A DNA stretch of 64,000 nucleotides, taken from Macrostomum lignano (lineage: Eukaryota). Positions 56,201-64,000 of this stretch are shown here, piece after piece; the stretch's first letter is position 1; each line of letters opens with the position of its first letter. The stretch lies in the NCBI GenBank assembly GCA_002269645.1, contig NIVC01000650.1, forward strand, positions 193,984-257,983, read 5' to 3'. A program made the translations under genes and the position numbers. The notes under the pieces are model-generated. The model was not told the origin of the DNA and ran no database searches. It saw only the letters and a list, made by a program, of their open reading frames with translations.

Positions 56201-56867
56201 GAAAGTTGATGGCACAAGTGACTGAAAATTGGCGTGAAGACGGTGTAATTAATTTACTTGTATAATTGATTCATCTACATATTAACATATTTCTCTGATG
56301 CATACTGAGTTTCGAGTATCTCGGCTATTTTTTATATAAAGTGCGGCTGATTTTTTTATTCAGCCGGCTGCCTCAGAAAAATTTCAATTCGCAATTCCAT
56401 CCTATTCGACAAACCAATGAAGCGCATAGCAGTCTTTGAAAGCAAAATGGGAACAGACGAACAAAAAGAGGGGGAAATGCGCAGGGTGAATGGTGAAAGC
56501 ACCGATTGGAAACCCAAGCCGCTTTGTAAGCCAAATCTAACCTTGCTCTGCCATTCCATGTAGTGAAAACAGGACAGACCTGTAGCTTTTGGGTAATTCG
56601 AGTCCCCATCCCAGTCATGCAGAAAAGCTGCGCCTTTTGCCTTTCTGACTGTTTCCTGTTTTTTATGTCTGCTTAAATTTCCCCGCATTCCAGGCTGATC
56701 AATGCCTTTTTTCTGAAACAATCAATATCTGGTTTCTAAATTTGTAAACTGCCAAATGGAGCGGGGTGGGTTATCCATTCTGTCTATTGCTGATTTCGTC
56801 TTAATGCATATATGGGTACTTGTAGGCTGTTCCGGGAGTCTCGGGGGACGTACACCTTAAGGCGGAA

Positions 56868-57260
56868 GGAGTGACAGACAGGGTACACAGTTACGCTAGA
56901 TGGAGTGACAGACAGGGTACACAGTTACGCTAGATGGAGTGACAGACAGGGTACACAGTTACGCTAGATGGAATGACAGACAGGAGACACAGTTACGCTA
57001 GATGGAATGACAGACAGGAGACACAGTTACGCTAGATGGAATGACAGACAGGAGACACAGTTACGCTAGATGGAATGACAGACAGGAGACACAGTTACGC
57101 TAGATGGAGTGACAGACAGGAGACACAGTTACGCTAGATGGAATGACAGACAGGAGACACAGTTACGCTAGATGGAGTGACAGACAGAGGACACAGTTAC
57201 GCTAGATGAAGTGACAGATAGGGGACACAGTTACGCTAGATGGAGTGACAGACAGGGGAA
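56868..57260. repeat. 34-bp minisatellite (ggagtgacagacagggtacacagttacgctagat), ~11 copies
   Basis: gggtacacag recurs at 56881 and 56915. Confidence 0.95.
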
Positions 57261-58537
57261 CACAGTTTCTCTAGAAGTGACAGAATGGGTGAGATCCAGG
57301 AAGGATAAAGTACATTTTACCCATGCAGTAGGCTCTTACTACGAATATGCTGAGGCAGTGTAGTCAATCTTGGCTTAATTTAGCACCTCGAGAAAGGGCT
57401 TCTTCAAACTCCTCTAAGTTCTTCCAATCAAAAAAATTCACAAAGCTACAATATAAAAGTCACACAGAATTTGCAGCTCTCAGTGTGCACACAGCTCTGA
57501 GCTTACCTTGGACTTTTGCCCCGATAATAAAGTGATTTGATGCATCTAAGCTTAAAATTTGATGCCGGGCATAATCCCGCCCAAGAAATGGAAAGCATCT
57601 TGATACAAATAATCCTGTGGGAAATTTGCTTAAGAGTCGGGGTCCCCTTTTGCCATTCGCAACCTCCGAGCGGCCAGCTACTGAATGATTCATGGTTTCT
57701 AGGCAGCCTTTGCACACTATCCACCTAGCCCGCCTCTACAATGCCCTTTCATTATTAGAGCCGGCAGGTACTTCTGCTTTTTCAACGGAGCCCTCAGAGC
57801 CCGATCAGAGCTGTTGCGTTAGTTGCAATTCCTAGAGACGGCAATCAACTAATTCTGATTTATTTGTCCAAATAATCTTAGCGACTTCAGAGATGCTTAG
57901 TTGCTTAGGTCGTCTCAAGCCTGATTATTACTTAAAGTTCGTAAGCCTTGATAGTTTGATATGAAAATCTTGATAAAAATATCAAATAGCCTTTGAAGAA
58001 GACATCATATGCTCCTTGTTTTGAGTTCATACGGTATCATTATCCGCAATCATGGGGCTCCGGTAATGACAGGAGGACAAGACCCGATGACAGAGAGCAT
58101 CCGTTTTAACTTTGAATAGCATGACGGATTTCAGCTTCTGACGCAGGACCGCCTTTAAGCTCGTAATCTACAAAAGCATGATCGCGTGATACGCAACCAT
58201 TGAGAAATCAGATGCAGCTCCAAGAGAGCAACGTGTTCGTCAAAGTCAAACTATCCGTTCTGTTAGGTCAAAAAAGAATACACTACGAGTTAGAAATCTC
58301 TTGAGGAAAGTTTATAAATAACCTGTTCGTATTCACGAATGCAGAAAATTTTAATAAACTATTTCTTTTTTTGAACAATAGAAATGTTTCATAACTATAG
58401 CACCCGTTACCATTAACGTTCGTACAGGTAAAAAACACACATCGGCTTATTGACTAAGCGAGGCATCGATTCTCTAAAAAAAGATTTGTTCAGGGAATTT
58501 CGTCAGTGATCATCAATAATCAAATCGACGGCCATCA

Positions 58538-61077
58538 ATGCAGCGTCGCTTCGCTGCACCGTCACCGATATTTGCGCGAGCGGCGGCGCAATCCAGAAGG
58601 TCAAAGCCACAGCAGGAGCTGTCCACCGATGGCGGCGGCTGCCACCGCAAGCCGCCGCCGCAGCAGCAGCAGCAGCAGCAGCAAGAATCCACCTCGGCGT
58701 CGGTTTCAGCCTCAAACATGTCGATTTCTTCTGCTTCGTCCTCCACGGACAGCTGCGACTCGACGCCCGAAGCTGAGCGTCCGTTAAGTGCCGAATCCGA
58801 TACCTCGTCGACAACTTCAACATCGTCGACGTCTTCCTCGACGCTGTCCGCTTCGGCGGATGCGCCGAAAATTTTTCGCCGTGGAGTCCGAGCTCGAGTT
58901 TTGTACGACTTCCGCGCGGGCAGGCCTGGCGAGCTTAGCGTGCGCCGCGGCGACCTGGTCCGGGTGCTGTACCACGTGCAGCAGAGATGGGCCTTTGCCT
59001 TGGCTGGCCGACGGCGCAATCGGCGAAGCGGCTACTTTCCGTTCCTGTTCGCCGTGAAGCACGACCGGACCTGTGAGAGACGCGTGCCCAGTCTGGAGCA
59101 GTACGTGCGAGAGCTGCCACCAGGGACGGCAGGTGACTTGGCAAACGCGGCGACGGAACGCTCGTCTGGGTAAGTTATTTTCATCCAATTATTATCTTGT
59201 TCACGATAAGCTTTTACTCATTAAACTAGCAGATTAAGCAGAGTTAGTCGCTGCATAGGCTGTCTGCTTTGTTCTTCATAAAGCAGTAACCAAGAGCATG
59301 TGTAGCGAATTAAGATCACCCTGTCTTTTTATGCATTTAAATATTTAAGACACATTAAGACAAAGTGTGAATCAAATTCAACTACGAGCGTATAGCAAAC
59401 AAGGCAATTTAAAAGCCTTTTTGTATCTTATTTTTACTGTTTAGTCTGAACGGATTTACTAAAATGAGTTGGCTCACATTTTTTCGTTAAGCTGATCAAT
59501 GCACCCCCACTCCAATCAGCTTGGTAGCTCAAACCAGCCGTATGGAAGTAGATCAGCAACGACTACTACCAACTGTAAAGCGGCGCTGCAATGTTGTAGC
59601 TGGCAGCCGCGACTCGGCAGGTTCCGGTAGCTCGGATTCGGGAAATTTCGATGCTTCATCATCGAATTCTTCGACGAATTCCATTGCCGCCTCCGCGGCG
59701 GCGGTGGCTGCAGCTGCTTTAGCTGCGTCTGCTGTAACAGGAGCTTCTTCTTTGGCCGCAGAAGCGACCACTACTGCGACTGGGGAAACCCCGCTGTCAA
59801 GTCCGCAGAATCAGCCGAGACAGCCGCCGTTGAACTGCCATCATCAGCAGATCCTGTGCGCCGCACCGGTAAAAAAGCCGTTTTCACCGTCCAAATCCGC
59901 TCCGGCAACTCCGCAGCGATCATTGACAAGGAACTACTCGCCCGATGCTGCAGCACCGACTTCAAAGGTGAGCTTGTTTTTTCCTAATTATTAGATACAT
60001 GCAATTTATTTAACTTTTATTGAAGCTTTATTTGTGAACCTTGCATGCATGGTAAAAATATTAGGAATGATTACTCTCGACTGCATGCCTTGAAATCGGT
60101 TAAAACAAATTTGTCAAAAAAATTTTTTTTAAATTGTAATTTCGGCTTTGGTAAACGATTAGGTTTTGTTGTCAATTGCGGGGGAATTTTTACGGGAATA
60201 ATCGCACAGCCTAAAAAGCTACACTTTGAATGAGATGTATCTATAATAATCATGGAATAGTTTTGATTGCTCTAGCAACTCCTATTCTATTCTCATGCAC
60301 AATGATAGGTTTTGATGCTTTCTTCATGCAAAACTACTATAAAGTGACAGTAGTATACTTAAAACATAAAAGTAAACAATTTTTACTAAAGCGGGTTCAA
60401 AAACTTTCCAGCCAGCGCCATCAGCTACAGTAACCACACTGGGAGCTGCTGCTGCTGCCGCTTCTGTCACAACGGCTTCAAAAGCCTATGTCCCCGATTC
60501 TGCGGTTGTCAAGGTCCCCAGCACCGAATGCGACTCCGTATGGCAGCGAAGACCATCATTTGACTCGCTGCCGCTGCTGCCGTTGTCAGCGGCGTCCAGC
60601 ATTTTGCCTTCGCGCAGTCGACAATCGCGCGCCCAAGCACCATTGAAGCAGCAGCAGCAGGGGCAGCCGTGGCGACAGCCGGCCCAGCGTAGAGTTGGTC
60701 AGCTGCGCGCCTTGTTAGCCGCTGAACGTCGCCAGCGAAGCTGCTCACCAAACGGCGCTGGCAGTTCCGGCAAGAAAGTGGTTACTTTCAGCGCCAACAA
60801 CGAAATAATTGGCGTGGCGGATAACATTGACAGGCTGCCGTATCTGTCGACAAGTGCCTCGTCATCTAAACCGGATGGTCAGCATCAGGCAGCCGAACTG
60901 CCGCCTGAGCTAGCTAATCGACTGGATTCACTCAGCTTCTACGACAACTACCTGCCTCAGGTGAGGCCAGCCGACTGCGAACCTTCTAGGCGGAATCGGG
61001 AAGCAAAGCGACCCGAAAAAGTTACAGATGATTTAGAAGAACACAATGAGGAACAGGGTCTTCAGACACTGGTTTGA
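58538..61077 (+). CDS. SH3-domain protein with low-complexity regions and a C-terminal RVxF-type motif, 581 aa, 3 exons
   Basis: Exons 58538-59169 (GTAAGT donor), 59520-59967 (GTGAGC donor) and 60412-61077 join in frame (phases 2 and 0; 1746 nt). SH3: RARVLYDFRAGRPGELSVRRGDLVRVL...WAF...GYFP. KKVVTFS near 60775. An in-frame TAA at 58517 supports the ATG at 58538. Confidence 0.85.
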
Positions 61078-61983
61078 CGAGAAACGAATCATATGAATTC
61101 AGGATTTTTTTTAGATTTTTTATTCTTGCCATCAATCGCATTGTGTCAGTACGCTCGTAAATTATAATTTTTTTTAACAGCTGCGTCATAAAAAAAGCAT
61201 CTCAGTATTCGAAATTGACGTTTCTTAAATAAAAAATTCTGAATGTTCGATTTGGACAATTTTTTGTTTCTTTTTCGCAACTCAAATTTCTAATGTATTT
61301 TTTAATAAAATTAACGATCTTCTGCATATGTAAAGCATGTGAGCTGATGATAGCCGCATGTAAGAGAAAAACAGCCTTAATTACTAATTCGGCATTAAAA
61401 ACAGCTAGCTGTACAATCACTAAGTACCATTTTCATTCCGCAATGGCTACGAGTATAAAAGACTGTAATTGTAAGAGAATCATCATTGTCAATAAGAGGT
61501 TAACATGTAGATTGAGGATTAATAAAAACTAACTCTCACTTCCAATTTCACACAGAGACCACACAATTGATGTCCCAAAAGTAAGAAAAGTATTACTCTA
61601 GGCCAGAAAAATTAACAGTGCTACTCTTGTGTTCCCAGTTGTTCTCTCCAATAAGACAAGCCAATAAAAGGAAAACGATTTTAAGCATCTTATTTTACTC
61701 GTCGGTAGTCACAAATATCCAAAAAGTATTATTAAGGAGGACATGAAAGTGAGAGAAAAGCCTTATTAAATTATTGTTTTGATGTCATGCTGACAGTTCA
61801 TATACTGTAAGTGGAAAATCCGAGCCTGCATTTAGTAGCTCCGATTCGAGCAGCGATTTAGTACGAGCTAACTATTGAGTGTGACCAAGGACGCTTAATT
61901 ACAGAACGTGTATTAAACAACGTTTATCATATGAAACCAGATTTCTTGCTTCATGGGGAGCACTATGCAAGACATGCATAGTT

Positions 61984-62827
61984 TTTGTGTTGTTAAACGG
62001 GGTGGGAGCGGTTGCTACCCGCGGATCAGCCCTGGGAGGGCTCTGCCGTTGATGGGCACTTCCAGGGGCCTAAGCCCGAGATACCACTAAACTAGTTGGT
62101 TAGACACTAACGTCTTGGCTAGGGATGGGTGTGAACTACTGCTAACCAAGCCTATGGACTAAGGCACCGCCAACCCAAAAGTGGAATCAGGGACGGTGCT
62201 AGGACCGAGTCCACCCAGGCCACCACCAGCAGACAAGTCTTTGGGAGTGCGCGCAAAAAGAGTTTGAAAAGCTTAGTTTGCTACTTAGAGCGGTCCGAGA
62301 GCGGGAAACCCCAGAGGTCTACGGAAAAAGCACTAGTTAGGAATTTGGTATTTGGCTGGAAGGCTTGTTTCCAAGGGCGAGTCTCCTATCAAGAGGTAAA
62401 GTAGACAAAACCCTTCTATAGGGCTGCAAGCCACAAGGGTATCACCTATCCAGCTTTAGATTGGAGGCCGGGCCAAGGGGTCGGGAAAGGGGCACAAGGC
62501 GCAAGAGGACCGGACTCAGCCGGTATCCCCGATTCGGGACGAACTCATTCCCCAGGACTCCAGTCCACTGTCAGGATGAGAGCCGAGACACAAGGGCAGG
62601 GAGACAGCCAGAGGAGCCAGCAGATGGACCAAGGTCAGAGCAAGATGGCCGGGCAGGGAGGGCAGAGCTCAAAACTCCAGGTTTGTTAGAGTGGCACTAA
62701 GCCGGTTGGAGTGGCAGGCACTGCCAGTGCGTACATTAATGGGAATAAAAACAATAAAAACAATGGGAGGAGCACCTGGACCCAACCCGCAGGTTGCTTA
62801 AGCCTGCTACCCGGGGCTCAGCCTCAG
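61984..62827 (-). mobile_element. 844-bp insertion with 13-bp TSD and A-rich tail; putative non-autonomous non-LTR retroelement
   Basis: TSD gacatgcatagtt at 61971-61983 and 62828-62840. The minus strand ends ...cccaccccgtttaacaacacaaaaa. GC-richer than its flanks and without a convincing ORF. Confidence 0.7.
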
Positions 62828-64000
62828 GACATGCATAGTTAGACAAGAACGAAAAATTACTTTTAATTACGGATTTTGATAAACAGCATATACGCTAGTA
62901 TTAGAAAAATGACTTTTCTTAAACGTCATTAAAGTAGCTATCTTCGAAAAAGTCATTAACAGTAACAGAATTTAGTATTGCGGAGTGTATTCAGATTTTT
63001 AGGAAATTTCGAGTCTGAGATCCTGTGAAATTTACGTAGTTAAAATGTCATTTCATTGGTTTGAACAGGCGGTAAGCAATGTAGCTCGTATTATGTAATC
63101 ACATACTACTATCAAATAAATATCAGATTTTAGCTCAAATATTTATTGCTTAGTTTTTAATTCTAATATTGCAAATGTATATTATATAAGGCTTAAAATA
63201 AAACTGAAAAATTTTTAACTTTTAAGTGGAATAAATTGTATCCTACAGTAAAAATCCAACCAAAAACTGCAAAAAACTCTGATCAGTCTCACAACTTCTT
63301 GAAACAAAGCAGAAGCAACTTACACATCATATCTGGGAGAGGTTAAACATGAGCATAAAAACAAACATGAAAATATAAATGTCGATGTCTACATGTATCA
63401 CAAAACACAAAGCTTCTGTAAACCCTGCATTTACCAAAAAACTTTACACATTCAATCAATAACATCGTGCCCAGATGCGCCATCGGCGAACGTTCCGTAA
63501 TTCAAACTGGGCTGAAAAAATTCCGACAATGCTCTCACGCGACGGAAATTAACTGCGCTGGCAGCTTGCGACTCCAAGGCTGGCGGCGCCCGCTCGGATC
63601 CATGGTTCTATGAAAATTCACGTTGCCAAATCTAAAAAAATGTATAAAACATGTCAATAGTAACACAACTGTTGAGGCTCTTGATTTGCAACAGCACCAT
63701 CGATCCGCTATAATAGTAAAAAATGCGAAAACGTATTTTGGCTGCAAATCAAACTTATCAACGCTGCATGAACAAACTGGAACTGCTTTTATAGAGGCTC
63801 CGCATCAGTGATGTACTAGCACACTTTGACCTACCGGTATTTTCTCTAACAGTTAAACAATTAGGTAATTTCTGGCTTGTCGCTATTTAAATCAATAAAT
63901 CCGGTTTTACATAAGTAGCCATAGCCATAAACTACGAGTACTTGGGAATTTCTGTTATATAAGCATAAAAATTACAGAACGAAAGAAAAAACAAGCTAAA

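Noticed and set aside
56356-56721. 121-aa minus-strand ORF between two minisatellites
   Set aside because: Non-ATG start and no identifiable family motif; it could be a TE fragment but this is unsupported.

Overview
Eukaryotic, repeat-rich animal genomic DNA. GC-rich, poly-Q/poly-A-rich coding exons sit in AT-rich spacers full of 13-39 bp minisatellites and (TATC)n runs. This style is most consistent with a free-living flatworm such as Macrostomum lignano, but that is inference and was not verified. Host genes (all + strand unless noted): a small two-exon secreted prepropeptide candidate (10879-11283); an intronless class-A peptide-type GPCR on the minus strand (14540-15706); a convergent pair of intronless SLC13 transporters sharing a 1619-bp near-identical core but with diverged ends (17106-18968 +, 21247-23019 -); LSM14/Tral (3 exons); DMAC2/ATP5SL-like (3 exons); and a 3-exon SH3 + RVxF protein. 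Mobile DNA: a defective Ty3/Gypsy LTR element, a decayed full-length hAT transposon with TIRs and TSD, four hAT-type MITEs with 8-bp TSDs, a nearly intact IR/DR-type Tc1 element inserted in a (TATC)n tract, tRNA-derived SINE-like pieces, a minimal hammerhead-like motif, and an 844-bp insertion with a 13-bp TSD. No CRISPR array or rRNA gene was seen. Best leads: the peptide precursor lying next to an orphan GPCR, the apparent gene-conversion tract between the inverted SLC13 copies, and a possible trans-spliced LSM14-DMAC2 operon.
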